From: Eledone cirrhosa
Lineage: Eukaryota
Direction: 5' to 3'
Assembly (NCBI GenBank): GCA_964016885.1
Contig: OZ024742.1
Coordinates: forward strand, 30,318,001 to 30,382,000
DNA: 64,000 bases
Shown here: positions 1 to 13,211 of the stretch, piece by piece
How the letters are laid out: every line of letters starts with the position of its first letter
Position numbering within the stretch: the stretch's first letter is position 1
Notes under the pieces: generated by a model
Told to the model about the DNA's origin: nothing
Databases searched by the model: none
What the model saw: only the letters and a program-made list of their open reading frames with translations
Translations under genes and position numbers: made by a program

Positions 1-67
1 CCAAGCCAGATTACAGTCCTTCCAATTCTGCAACGAAACATTGGGACAAACATAACAATTCTCGACC

Positions 68-164
68 TATCTATCTATCTATATATATATAGAGAGAGAT
101 ATATATATATATATATTTATGTGTGTGTGTGTGTATGTGTGTGTGGTGTGGTGTGGTGTGGTGT

Positions 165-225
<61 letters not shown>
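68..225. repeat. (TA)n/(TG)n microsatellite
   Basis: Direct dinucleotide repeats. Confidence 0.95.
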
Positions 226-227
<2 letters not shown>

Positions 228-393
228 ATCCCGGGTTCAATCGAGGTAACCACAGTAAGTAAGGTACTCAATACAGGGCAGAGTATAAATATTTAATATA
301 GAAACGGCTTCTACAGGACGAGAACTGTTTCATTCGGGAGATGATTTCTCCCGAATGAAACAGTTGTAGTCCTGTAGAAGCCATTTCTATATT
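226..393. mobile_element. Short PLE-type hairpin insertion (arms ~294-341/347-393; tail 226-293)
   Basis: atagaaacggcttctacaggac...gtcctgtagaagccatttctat inverted repeat between microsatellites; tail carries the bulged-hairpin motif at 266-284 (-). Confidence 0.65.
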
Positions 394-411
394 ATACATA
401 TATATATATAT

Positions 412-820
412 ATAACTAGAGATTGATTAACATATAAATAAACATGAATAATCACAGGAGATAATTTTTACAAGTGTGTAACCACACATAGCTAGGTAGG
501 TAACTAAATAAAGTTGACCAGAACTTCAAAAATAGATACCTTATAAATATGATTAATCATATTATGAGGTATCTATTTTTGAAGCCAACTTTATTTAGTT
601 ACCTACCTAGCTATGTGTGGTTACACACTTGTAAAAATTATCTCCTGTGATTATTCATGTTTATTTATATGTTAATCAATCTCTAGTTATTATAAAATGC
701 TCGGACCTACTCGTTAGAATCTTAAAGCTTATTTTGCGGGTGATATGGCGCATGTCTTTCTGGCATGACACCCATAATTTTGATTTAGATTAAATTCGTT
801 TGATTTATCTTAAATTTGGA
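412..820. mobile_element. PLE-type palindromic insertion (palindrome 412-690, tail 691-820)
   Basis: ~140-bp arms centred on atatgatt|aatcatat; (TA)n on both flanks. Confidence 0.65.
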
Positions 821-1047
821 TATATATATATATATATATATTGTTATACTTGGGGAGGGTCATATTTGTGTAATATTGCCAGAATTAATAACAGAACACA
901 CTCACTGTTTGGTTGGTTTTCGCTTTTCGCTTCTGTGTCTTTTATATCGACAATCTAATTTATTCGGTGCTCAATGTTGCCATTGACTGACCGACGGTCA
1001 AAAATAATACAGATACAATATAGACACAAACACATATATATAGTTTA

Positions 1048-1088
1048 TCATAAATCTTTCGTTGCACATCTGCAACATCGTCAGTGGT
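1048..1088 (-). ncRNA. Minimal type I hammerhead ribozyme in pLTR
   Basis: CTGACGA-tGTTGC-agatgt-GCAAC-GAAA-gat-TTA; stems I and III weak. Confidence 0.65.
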
Positions 1089-1313
1089 GCTATTCTTTCC
1101 TCCCGTTGCATTGTATGTCTACGCCATTTTTTATTTAGTCTTGTCTATATATTTATTTATTTATTTGCTTGTTTGTTTATTTTATTTTGTCTTCTTTGCG
1201 CATGCGTTTGCGTGTGTGTATAGTGTTTTGCTTGATGTGTGTTCGTGATTGGGTGACTAGTGTGTGTTTATATGTGTTTGTGTATGTATTTATTTATTTA
1301 TTTATCTATTTAT

Positions 1314-2557
1314 TTATACTTCTCTTAGGTCAGTGTTGTTTGTTTGGGTGTTGTTGTTATTCCATTCATTCTTTCTGTTTAGTCTTGACCTTCTAAGTTC
1401 TATTTCACTGGCCTCTCTGATTTGCCTATCTGCTGGGTCATTTCTATGTTTAGATATTATCCTAATTTCTATGTTGTCTATGTTACCGTCGTGTTGTTGT
1501 CTGGCATGTTCGTATAGTACTGACCCGTTTTTTTCGTCCTTTTAGTCCCCCCCCCCCCCCCCCCAGTGTTGGTCTATCCTTTCACCTATGCTACGAGCTG
1601 TCTCACCTATGTATGTTGTTGTCATGTTTCTGCAGGTACCCTCTGAACATCTTATGCTATAGACTACGTTTCTAGTTTTACAGTTTATCCGGGGGTTTAC
1701 CTTACATATGATACATTTCCTATTAGTAGAGTGGGTTTTCTTAAAAGGGTAGGTTTTGCTGATCAGGGATGTTATGGTGGTTCCTGGCTTTTCTACCACC
1801 TTAATCTTTAAGTGGGTCTTTCTCAGGGCCTTTCTACACTGGTTAGCTAATTTCCCTCCAGAGGTAGCGTGCACAAACATGACACTCTGGTATCTCTGGT
1901 TGTCGTACCATGAGGTGGCTTTCCCTATCTTATGTCTAGCCCTATCTAAGCTATTCCATGATTTGCTCCTGTATAATGGGAAAATTCCTTTAATGTCCAG
2001 TTCTATGAGGGTCTTATACTTCTCCATGGCTTCTTCGTATACTCTGACTCTGTCTCTTTGGTTGTAGCCAGAGAACTGCATGCGGTTGAGGAAGTGTTGG
2101 ATGTGTCTTTCCATTTCTGTTGGGTCGCACATGCGCGACACATTCTTCATCACTCGTACCAAATCTGCGATCAGAATATTAAACTTAGCACTACTGGACA
2201 TTGCTGAGTTTTTGAGTATCAGGTATTTGGAGGCCATGGGTTTAGCATAGTGTGAGTGGAGAATTTGGGCTATAGTGTTAATCCAGAGTTCCGTGTCTAA
2301 TACAGGTAGTCTATTGTTAGGGTGTTTGGAAGGGAAGTCGATAGTTACAGTTATACTCTGGTGTATGGAATTAGCTATCTGCTGGATGCTTTCCATTGTG
2401 CTACGTTCTAAATCAAACTTGTTAGTGCTCTCTAGTGGGGATGTTCTTATAACTATATTGATATCGTCTACATAACGAGAGTACATGATGAGGTCTATGG
2501 AGCTCTCATTAAGGAGATCTTTAAGTCTCCTTTCCCACCATACCATGAAAAGGTTGG
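1314..2557 (-). pseudogene. PLE reverse transcriptase C-half + Cys linker + GIY-YIG endonuclease (Neptune-like)
   Basis: YSRYVDDI; LPVLDT; CIIC..C; VVYSIRC...YIGETARSIGERIDQH; continues in frame past TAA (1542) as SVLYEH...REASEI...LNRKNEW. Confidence 0.9.
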
Positions 2558-2667
2558 CAAAGAAGACAAAATAAAATAAACAAACAAACAAATAAATAAA
2601 TAAATATATAGACAAAACTAAATAAAAAATGGCGTAGACATACAATGCAACGGGAGGAAACAATAGC

Positions 2668-2708
2668 ACCACTGACGATGTTGCAGATGTGCAACGAAAG
2701 ATTTATGA
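2668..2708 (+). ncRNA. Minimal hammerhead ribozyme (inverted copy)
   Basis: ctgacgatgttgcagatgtgcaacgaaagattta. Confidence 0.65.
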
Positions 2709-2956
2709 TAAACTATATATATGTGTTTGTGTCTATATTGTATCTGTATTATTTTTGACCGTCGGTCAGTCAATGGCAACATTGACGACCGAATAAATTA
2801 GATTACAGATATAAAAGACACAGAAGCGAAAAGCGAAAACCAACCAAACAGTGAGTGTGTTCTGTTATTAATTCTGGCAATATTACACAAATATGACCCT
2901 CCCCAAGTATAACAATATTTGTTTCGACACACGATTTCATATAAAAAACCTCGCAA

Positions 2957-2995
<39 letters not shown>

Positions 2996-2997
2996 TA

Positions 2998-3197
2998 TAA
3001 CGAAGGAAGTGTGGTAAGCAAGCAGGTGGACCATAACGCACCAGAGTACTCGATACTTGGTGTAATAGAGTGGGTAATAGGAAAAAAGTCAGGACCCAGA
3101 CGGCTGAGCTCCGGCCGTATTGACAGCTAGATCTGAACGCTGTCAGATCTAGCTGTCGAAACGGCCGGAGTTCAGCGCTCGGGGTCCTGACTCCTTT

Positions 3198-3202
<5 letters not shown>
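2998..3202. mobile_element. Short PLE hairpin insertion, relative of 11781-14237
   Basis: Same taacgaagga... and ...ttcctat termini; inverted arms carry only the 3' half of the hammerhead (gtcGAAAcggc...ggggtc). Confidence 0.8.
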
Positions 3203-3278
<76 letters not shown>

Positions 3279-3356
3279 CCAGGTGGTGCTATTAAGTTAG
3301 ACATGGCCTGGGCCAATACTGGCCGAAACCTATCAAAGTTATCAAAGTTATATATA

Positions 3357-3836
3357 CTAGCAGAAAAACCACCCCCGGGTGGTTTTCTGCTGACAGGTGT
3401 AGTGTGTATATTTATATTATACGCAAGTATATATACATGTAGATATGATACATCAAATAAAATCATAATTGACAATATATAATACATAGAAATTGAGCGA
3501 AGACTGCGTTACACTGTCTTATGTAATCAGTAACGTAATCCATGATACATTAAAAAAAGACGATATTATTTATAAACTGCATTAGGAGAAAATTAGTGAC
3601 AGAAAATGAGTATGTTTATTTAAGCGATGGCCAACCGGAAGTGTTGGCATTTCAGAAATTTTAAAGAACTGAATCTTTAAATAAACAAAATATATTTAAT
3701 CAACAGCCACGAAATTTAGTAGATAAATTATGTAATATTCATTCATTATTTATTCAAAGTAATCCAACTTATTTTACTAACGGGATAAACAAATATAAAC
3801 CGTACGCAGTCCCGCGCTCCTCCTTTATTATAGTTT

Positions 3837-3839
<3 letters not shown>
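3357..3839 (-). mobile_element. Non-autonomous Helitron
   Basis: Minus strand A|TCTAAACTATAATAAAG...hairpin cagaaaaccaccc/gggtggtttttctg-CTAG|T. Confidence 0.65.
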
Positions 3840-3910
<71 letters not shown>

Positions 3911-4004
3911 AATATATATATGTATAATATATATATATATGTATAATAAAATATTAAACAAATAATGAACAAACAATTCCTTATATTAAACAAAAAAAGT
4001 TCAC

Positions 4005-4149
4005 TATTTAACGATCGTTTCTAGGGTATATATGTGTTATAATTGGTATGCATATTTAACAGATCTATGTACAAAATTATACAAAATTATACAAATTATC
4101 AAGATTAAATATACATACCTAACTCATATATACGCCGTCTTCAGAAATA
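4005..4149 (-). ncRNA. Hammerhead ribozyme, long stem II
   Basis: Reverse complement of 10654-10798. Confidence 0.7.
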
Positions 4150-4920
4150 ATGAAGTATATTTATTGATAATAACAACAATTCAAAATATCAGTTAAATTG
4201 ACCAATGAAAACACAAAGGGTTAAAAAGCAGTTTGGTGTGTGTATATACATGTAAAACCCTACACACATTTTACAATAATGTGTGTATAATTTGTATGTG
4301 CATACTAAAAAGATGGATGCAAATAAAAAATTTCAAGGTTAATATCTCTGTAAGCTTAATGCGCTGATAAGATACGCAATGATACTTATGGAGTCAAGCA
4401 TATAAATATATTTTTTTCATACTCACACATATCAGTATAATCACACATACATGTGCGTATATATATAAATATACACATAACCACGAACACACAAACACAC
4501 ACACTCCCCCACTCACATTTATATATGTGGATATAAAATCATAAGCAAATAGAAATTAAGTCACTCACATAAACACACTGGTACACACATTTCAAGATCA
4601 AGATACAGAAATTAGGTGGGAGGGGGGGGGAGGGGTCAGTATTAGGTTGTCAGACCAGACAGCCTAATATAAATGTATCTATAAATTATGAAAAATAAAA
4701 AAATAAAAACAATAAAATATATTACATATAATATAATGTACATACGCATACAGATATACATACACATACATACATGTACGCGCACATAGAGATATCTACA
4801 TATACATACATACACACATACCTATACTGTCATACACACACATACATTTACACGAACATACACATACACATATAAAAAGATAAAAATACGGACACACACA
4901 CGCGCAACACATACACACAT

Positions 4921-4981
<61 letters not shown>

Positions 4982-5090
4982 TATACACACACACATAGAC
5001 TCATATATATATACATACACATACATATACTTATACATAAACATATATATCCCACACTCATACCACCATGAAAACACATACAAACATCCA

Positions 5091-5133
<43 letters not shown>

Positions 5134-5350
5134 ACATACACACACGTACACATATATGTATATATACATACATATATACACACATACACATATATATATA
5201 CACACACACATAAAATACAGACATGCACATATATATATATATATATATATATATTTCATTACTCTTATATATACACATAGTATATATACATACACAACCT
5301 CACTTATACACATATACACATAAGTTATATTACAATAATAATAAAGAATA

Positions 5351-5381
<31 letters not shown>

Positions 5382-5520
5382 TATACACACATATACACAT
5401 ATACATACACATACATACATATACATACATACATACACATACATACAAACACCTAAATATAAACATATATAAATACACACATACGAATAAAGACATATAT
5501 TCACACATAGACACCTATAT

Positions 5521-5556
<36 letters not shown>

Positions 5557-7404
5557 ATATACACACACATACACATACATACACATATATATATATATAC
5601 ACATATACACACACGCACACACATACAGACACACATACACACTCACATATACATATATATATATATATATATATATGTGTATGTGAGTGTGCGCAAATAC
5701 ATACATATATATACACACACGCATACAAACACACACAAACACATACATATGCATACGTGCACACACACGCACATATATCACATAGATACGAAGATAAACA
5801 TATAAATAGAGAGACATACAAATATATACAGAACCACATATACACATACATACAAACACGCATATACATATATACATATATACACACATATATATTCCTA
5901 TATACAAGCTTACACATACACACACATATATACATATACATACACATATATATACCACACATTCACATACACGTACATATATAATACATATATATACATA
6001 TATATACATACATATGTATGTACAATCATATATACACACTCAATCTTACATTCATATTTACATGCTCATATATGTATTTTTATATTTAGAAATAAATACC
6101 AAAAAAACTATATAGACACCCATCTACACATGTATTCATACATATACACTTACAAAAACAGATGATAATAGTATGGGGGAAAGGGGGGGGTTTGGAGAAG
6201 GGGATCAAAGTGAATATATGTTTCAAGAAACCTATAATATTTTCCATATCTTAATTCAATGTATGTTCTTACATATTTTCAGTGCTAAGAAATACGAAAT
6301 CTATGCATCACAAAATAAAAAAGTATACCATTAATCATATGTCAACTAAACCAAAGATAGTCAACATATTGATTTCCAAGGTGTAAATTAGTTAGGTTTA
6401 TAATATTTGAAGCAGAATTATGAAGTCAAACAGTAGTAGATTATTAATTACATTATAACTAAATTAAAGTTAATAACGTTATGGTATCAATATTAGGAGA
6501 TGAATTTAGTAATAGGGAAAAGAAACCCAAATAAAAATAAAATAAAGTATTACATCGGTAGTAGCATATAAATTATATGTTAACTAAGTTAAAAATTATA
6601 TATTTATTTCAATAGTATATGTTAATTAGTATATGTTAATTAGGTATACAATACATAAAGCAGATATTGTATTTCATCAATAGCATAATATAATTATATG
6701 CAAATAAAAATCAAAATTAATACGCATACACATACATATACATACACATACACATACATATACATATACATACACATATATATATATATATATACATATA
6801 TATACACATACATACATATATAGTCACATAAATATACATACAGATACACATACAATACACACATATACATATACATATAGATATACATATCTTTTTCAAA
6901 AAATTTGCACAGAATATATTAACTAGGTATATATCCAAAAACACCTCCCATTCTATGATTACATGAAATTCTGCAATTTGTCTGTACAAGGATACTAATT
7001 TTAAGCAAATTAAAATTAAAATTAAAGTTTTAGGTTGATTAAAGCTAAAGCCAAATAATAAATATATTTCCAAAATATATATTAATTAGGTCAATAATAC
7101 TAAAAATTCTTTCTCCGTCATAGGATACATGATATTATTTTGTTATATTTTATCTGTAAAAGAATTATAATAAAAAAAAAAAATTATAATAAAAGGTTAA
7201 ACTAAATTAAAAAATTATAATAAAAGGTTAAAATAAGTTAAAATTAATCTATAAATTAAATTACTGAATATATATTAGTAATATTTAAAGGTTTTTCAAA
7301 ATTAATGATTACATAATATTTTCTCATCTGTAATAAAATATTAATTAAATTAAATTTATAGGTTAACTAACATTTAAATTAAATTAAATTCTAGAATAAT
7401 GTTA

Positions 7405-7770
7405 TTAATTAGGTTTATAATATTTAAATGTTTTTTTTAGTTTATGATTACACGATATAATTAATTCCTGTCTTTTATTTAATAAGATATCCCTAGACTT
7501 CATTATTTCAAATAGTTCTTGGGAACATAATCTACATTCCTTTCTATTATTTTGATAAGGGGTGGCTCTTTTGAGCACACTCCAGGTCAAATCATATTTT
7601 ATATTTTTATTTTTATAACTATTGATTTTTTCTGCTAGAGATGTTGTATTAGCCAGTGCGGCATTTTTAAAGCTATGTTTGTGGGTATTATACCTTGTCT
7701 TAAAATTGTTAGAGGTAGCTCCTATATATGAGCAAATAGAATCTTTAGTTTTAACATTAGCTTTAATCAA
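7405..7770 (-). pseudogene. PLE GIY-YIG endonuclease C-terminal fragment
   Basis: YIGATSNNFKTRYNTH...CRLCSQE...LLNKRQELIISCNH. Confidence 0.88.
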
Positions 7771-9247
7771 CCTAAAACTTTAATTTTAATTTTAATTTGC
7801 TTAAAATTAGTATCCTTGTACAGACAAATTGCAGAATTTCATGTAATCATAGAATGGGAGGTGTTTTTGGATATATACCTAGTTAATATATTCTGTGCAA
7901 ATTTTTTGAAAAAGATATGTATATCTATATGTATATGTATATGTGTGTATTGTATGTGTATCTGTATGTATATTTATGTGACTATATATGTATGTATGTG
8001 TATATATATGTATATATATATATATATATGTGTATGTATATGTATATGTATGTGTATGTGTATGTATATGTATGTGTATGCGTATTAATTTTGATTTTTA
8101 TTTGCATATAATTATATTATGCTATTGATGAAATACAATATCTGCTTTATGTATTGTATACCTAATTAACATATACTAATTAACATATACTATTGAAATA
8201 AATATATAATTTTTAACTTAGTTAACATATAATTTATATGCTACTACCGATGTAATACTTTATTTTATTTTTATTTGGGTTTCTTTTCCCTATTACTAAA
8301 TTCATCTCCTAATATTGATACCATAACGTTATTAACTTTAATTTAGTTATAATGTAATTAATAATCTACTACTGTTTGACTTCATAATTCTGCTTCAAAT
8401 ATTATAAACCTAACTAATTTACACCTTGGAAATCAATATGTTGACTATCTTTGGTTTAGTTGACATATGATTAATGGTATACTTTTTTATTTTGTGATGC
8501 ATAGATTTCGTATTTCTTAGCACTGAAAATATGTAAGAACATACATTGAATTAAGATATGGAAAATATTATAGGTTTCTTGAAACATATATTCACTTTGA
8601 TCCCCTTCTCCAAACCCCCCCCTTTCCCCCATACTATTATCATCTGTTTTTGTAAGTGTATATGTATGAATACATGTGTAGATGGGTGTCTATATAGTTT
8701 TTTTGGTATTTATTTCTAAATATAAAAATACATATATGAGCATGTAAATATGAATGTAAGATTGAGTGTGTATATATGATTGTACATACATATGTATGTA
8801 TATATATGTATATATATGTATTATATATGTACGTGTATGTGAATGTGTGGTATATATATGTGTATGTATATGTATATATGTGTGTGTATGTGTAAGCTTG
8901 TATATAGGAATATATATGTGTGTATATATGTATATATGTATATGCGTGTTTGTATGTATGTGTATATGGGTTCTGTATATATTTGTATGTCTCTCTATTT
9001 ATATGTTTATCTTCGTATCTATGTGATATATGTGCGTGTGTGTGCACGTATGCATATGTATGTGTTTGTGTGTGTTTGTATGCGTGTGTGTATATATATG
9101 TATGTATTTGCGCACACTCACATACACATATATATATATATATATATATATGTATATGTGAGTGTGTATGTGTGTCTGTATGTGTGTGCGTGTGTGTATA
9201 TGTGTATATATATATATATGTGTATGTATGTGTATGTGTGTGTATAT

Positions 9248-9283
<36 letters not shown>

Positions 9284-9422
9284 ATATAGGTGTCTATGTG
9301 TGAATATATGTCTTTATTCGTATGTGTGTATTTATATATGTTTATATTTAGGTGTATGTATGTATGTGTATGTATGTATGTATATGTATGTATGTGTATG
9401 TATATGTGTATATGTGTGTATA

Positions 9423-9459
<37 letters not shown>

Positions 9460-9670
9460 CTTTATTATTATTGTAATATAACTTATGTGTATATGTGTAT
9501 AAGTGAGGTTGTGTATGTATATATACTATGTGTATATATAAGAGTAATGAAATATATATATATATATATATATATGTGCATGTCTGTATTTTATGTGTGT
9601 GTGTATATATATATGTGTATGTGTGTATATATGTATGTATATATACATATATGTGTACGTGTGTGTATGT

Positions 9671-9713
<43 letters not shown>

Positions 9714-9822
9714 TGGATGTTTGTATGTGTTTTCATGGTGGTATGAGTGTGGGATATATATGTTTATGTATAAGTATATGTATGTGTATGTATATATATA
9801 TGAGTCTATGTGTGTGTGTATA

Positions 9823-9877
<55 letters not shown>

Positions 9878-10653
9878 ATGTGTGTATGTGTTGCGCGTGT
9901 GTGTGTCCGTATTTTTATCTTTTTATATGTGTATGTGTATGTTCGTGTAAATGTATGTGTGTGTATGACAGTATAGGTATGTGTGTATGTATGTATATGT
10001 AGATATCTCTATGTGCGCGTACATGTATGTATGTGTATGTATATCTGTATGCGTATGTACATTATATTATATGTAATATATTTTATTGTTTTTATTTTTT
10101 TATTTTTCATAATTTATAGATACATTTATATTAGGCTGTCTGGTCTGACAACCTAATACTGACCCCTCCCCCCCCCCCCTCCCACCTAATTTCTGTATCT
10201 TGATCTTGAAATGTGTGTACCAGTGTGTTTATGTGAGTGACTTAATTTCTATTTGCTTATGATTTTATATCCACATATATAAATGTGAGTGGGGGAGTGT
10301 GTGTGTTTGTGTGTTCGTGGTTATGTGTATATTTATATATATACGCACATGTATGTGTGATTATACTGATATGTGTGAGTATGAAAAAAATATATTTATA
10401 TGCTTGACTCCATAAGTATCATTGCGTATCTTATCAGCGCATTAAGCTTACAGAGATATTAACCTTGAAATTTTTTATTTGCATCCATCTTTTTAGTATG
10501 CACATACAAATTATACACACATTATTGTAAAATGTGTGTAGGGTTTTACATGTATATACACACACCAAACTGCTTTTTAACCCTTTGTGTTTTCATTGGT
10601 CAATTTTGAACTGATATTTTGAATTGTTGTTATTATCAATAAATATACTTCAT

Positions 10654-10798
10654 TATTTCTGAAGACGGCGTATATATGAGTTAGGTATGTATATTTAATC
10701 TTGATAATTTGTATAATTTTGTATAATTTTGTACATAGATCTGTTAAATATGCATACCAATTATAACACATATATACCCTAGAAACGATCGTTAAATA
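10654..10798 (+). ncRNA. Hammerhead ribozyme, long stem II
   Basis: tattt-CTGAAGA-cggcgtatatatg...catatataccc-ta-GAAA-C-gatc-GTT-aaata. Confidence 0.7.
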
Positions 10799-11004
10799 GT
10801 GAACTTTTTTTGTTTAATATAAGGAATTGTTTGTTCATTATTTGTTTAATATTTTATCTTGACTCTGTATACCGTTTATCTTTCACCGAAATTGGATTTT
10901 CATTACATCTCTTCTTTCCATGATATCCGGAATACATTGAGTTCTTCATACGGATTGGACACTACCGTAAACTCTTGGTAGATTTATCTACATATATATG
11001 TATA

Positions 11005-11061
<57 letters not shown>

Positions 11062-11077
11062 GGAATCCTTGTATTTT

Positions 11078-11133
<56 letters not shown>

Positions 11134-11166
11134 AATATATATATATATGTATAATATATATATATG

Positions 11167-11217
<51 letters not shown>

Positions 11218-11250
11218 GGAATCCTTGTATTTTATACATATATATATATA

Positions 11251-11727
11251 TATAAAATACAAGGATTCCTTTTCCTTTGAGCACATAATTTACAGGGAAT
11301 AACGAGAGTCTATGGCTCCGTTAATTTACCATGGGCGTCTCAGCTAGGGTTTGGGCAAGACCCGTTGATAAAGTGTTCCGGTCCGTTCGCTCTCTAGAAG
11401 TCTTATATATTTTTATGTGGGCTGATAGGGGGCGGATTAAGGAATTGCAGAAACCCAAGAAGCTAGATTTACCATCTTTCTAGTGGGTCCGGGTAAGCTT
11501 TTTACATTCATATGATTTATTGATTTATTGATATTTTATCTGAGTGACCCGAATCTTCCTGGTCGTAATTTTTCGGCCGCATGGGTGATTTTAGACATAA
11601 TCTTTGTGTGTTGGTATTTTAACGATAGTTATAGCTCTGATTTAATTGAATTATTGAGCCCTCTGTCACTCATGTCGGATTTGTTTATCGTAAACTCGTG
11701 AGCCGATTTTCCGATACTCGATTATTC

Positions 11728-11730
<3 letters not shown>
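11251..11730 (+). mobile_element. PLE 3' end (pLTR + tail) of another family
   Basis: Hammerhead 11360-11494, bulged-hairpin motif 11634-11659, (TA)n flanks. Confidence 0.7.
11360..11494 (+). ncRNA. Hammerhead ribozyme, U3-A8 variant, extended stems
   Basis: acccg-TTGATAA-agtgttcc...ggaattgca-GAAA-CCCA...TGGGTC-cgggt. Confidence 0.72.
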
Positions 11731-11783
<53 letters not shown>

Positions 11784-11874
11784 CGAAGGAAATGTGGTAA
11801 GGAACCAGGTGGACCATAACGCACCAAAGTACTCAATACTTGAGGTAGTAGAGTGGGTAATAGGAACCAGTAAG

Positions 11875-11968
11875 ACCCCGACAGCTGAGCTCAAGCCGTT
11901 TCGACGGCTAATTCTGGACTAAATGAAAATTTATCCTGGTATTTAAATAGCCGATCTTCTCAAGGGGT
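11875..11968 (-). ncRNA. Hammerhead ribozyme, U3-A8 variant
   Basis: Reverse complement of 14129-14222. Confidence 0.8.
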
Positions 11969-12209
11969 AATTCCATATATGGTCAAAGTGATTGTCAAAA
12001 ATCAGTAGTAATTCTGTGGTTGCAAATTAGTAGGGGAGATGGTGGCTAAACCTGCCAGTAGGAGAAAGAGGGGAGGGGGTGGAGTAGACCCAATCAAGCG
12101 TTGGTAGTGCCAGCTACAGCTGGGCATGAGGTCAAAGAAGATACAGGGGAGGGGGAGGGGGAGGAAGTCGGAACGGTAGGTAGAACAATGGGGGGTAGAA
12201 ATAGGAAAG

Positions 12210-12246
<37 letters not shown>

Positions 12247-13100
12247 TGAGAGTGAAGAAAGGCAAATAAGTGTAAAGAAAAGTAAAGTAAATTAAATTCT
12301 ACGACCTAGGTGTCAGGCTATTGTTAGGCGAGAATAAAATAAAGAAAGAAAGAAAGAAGTAAAAAAATAAATAAATGAATAAATAAGGAAATAAGTAAGA
12401 GAACTAGGTGGGACGGATAAGGCAAGGACCCTTTTAAGAGGTATAAGTACGTAAATGATACGGTGACGGGTCAACAAAAGGGGCCAACATACTAAAGAGA
12501 CTACCACGAAATAAACAATAAAGGTTTCCATCCCGGGCCAGCAACGACCCAGTGCAGCAAAGTGAACTTGTACGAGATAATAATTCTGAGTCCCGAGAAA
12601 AATATATACTAATGCTAACTCTAAAAGATCTAAAACAAGCTACATGAAAGTTCGTACGAAATAAAGGTAGAATACGGAGAAATAAATTCAGAATCCACCC
12701 CGCCCAGAAGAAAAGCGAAGCAAGAAATAATGAAACGAAAAAATAAGGCATGTGCCACTAAGAAATATAGAGGGCACAGAGAATAGTGGGAGCGGTCGGA
12801 AAAAGGGGGAAAGTATCCGGGGTCTAAGCCCACTGCTATAAAGGGCGGAGTCCGCCAAATCTATCAAAGACTAGGGGAGGGGGGGGTGGGGGTACTAAGG
12901 CTACATGGGGCCAAAGGGCAGCCTCGGGTGGGCGAGAAAAGACGCCGACAAAGGAGAAGAGCTGGGGTAGAAGGACAAAGGGGAGAGGGGGGAAGGAAAT
13001 AAAGGAAGCGATAAAAGAATACAAAGAAGATCTTACGTCTTCCTTGGCAAGCAGGGGTTACCTATTGCAAAATCAGCAACTGGGGTGTTATAGCCCTAGT

Positions 13101-13211
13101 CTACCCCCCCGGGTCATTATGGGGTTTGAGGGCGAGGTAAGTCCTACGCAATCTATGTTTACATGCAGTAACCAGTTCATCTTTCTTGTTTAGGAGTTGG
13201 TCCGTCGAAAA
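13101..13211 (-). pseudogene. Last 36 aa of a PLE GIY-YIG ORF
   Basis: Manual translation FSTDQLLNKKDELVTACKHRLRRTYLALKPHNDPGG*, homologous to end of the 7405-7770 ORF. Confidence 0.8.

Larger units (their letters stand above)
838..2959 (-). mobile_element. 5'-truncated Penelope-like retroelement with inverted pLTR (838-1199 / 2557-2918) and tail (2919-2959)
   Basis: RT + GIY-YIG ORF, ~360-bp inverted repeat, hammerhead in each arm, (TA)n flanks. Confidence 0.92.
3946..10986 (-). mobile_element. 5'-truncated PLE forming a ~7-kb palindrome (arms 3946-7048 / 7757-10857; tail 10858-10986)
   Basis: 3.1-kb inverted arms, GIY-YIG ORF in spacer, hammerheads near both ends, (TA)n flanks. Confidence 0.9.

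Noticed and set aside
2558-2672. N-terminus of the 376-aa ORF
   Set aside because: It is the antisense of the inverted pLTR, not PLE coding sequence.
3277-3350. ggcc-aatact-ggcc-GAAAC hammerhead-like piece
   Set aside because: No CUGANGA-type core or stem I.
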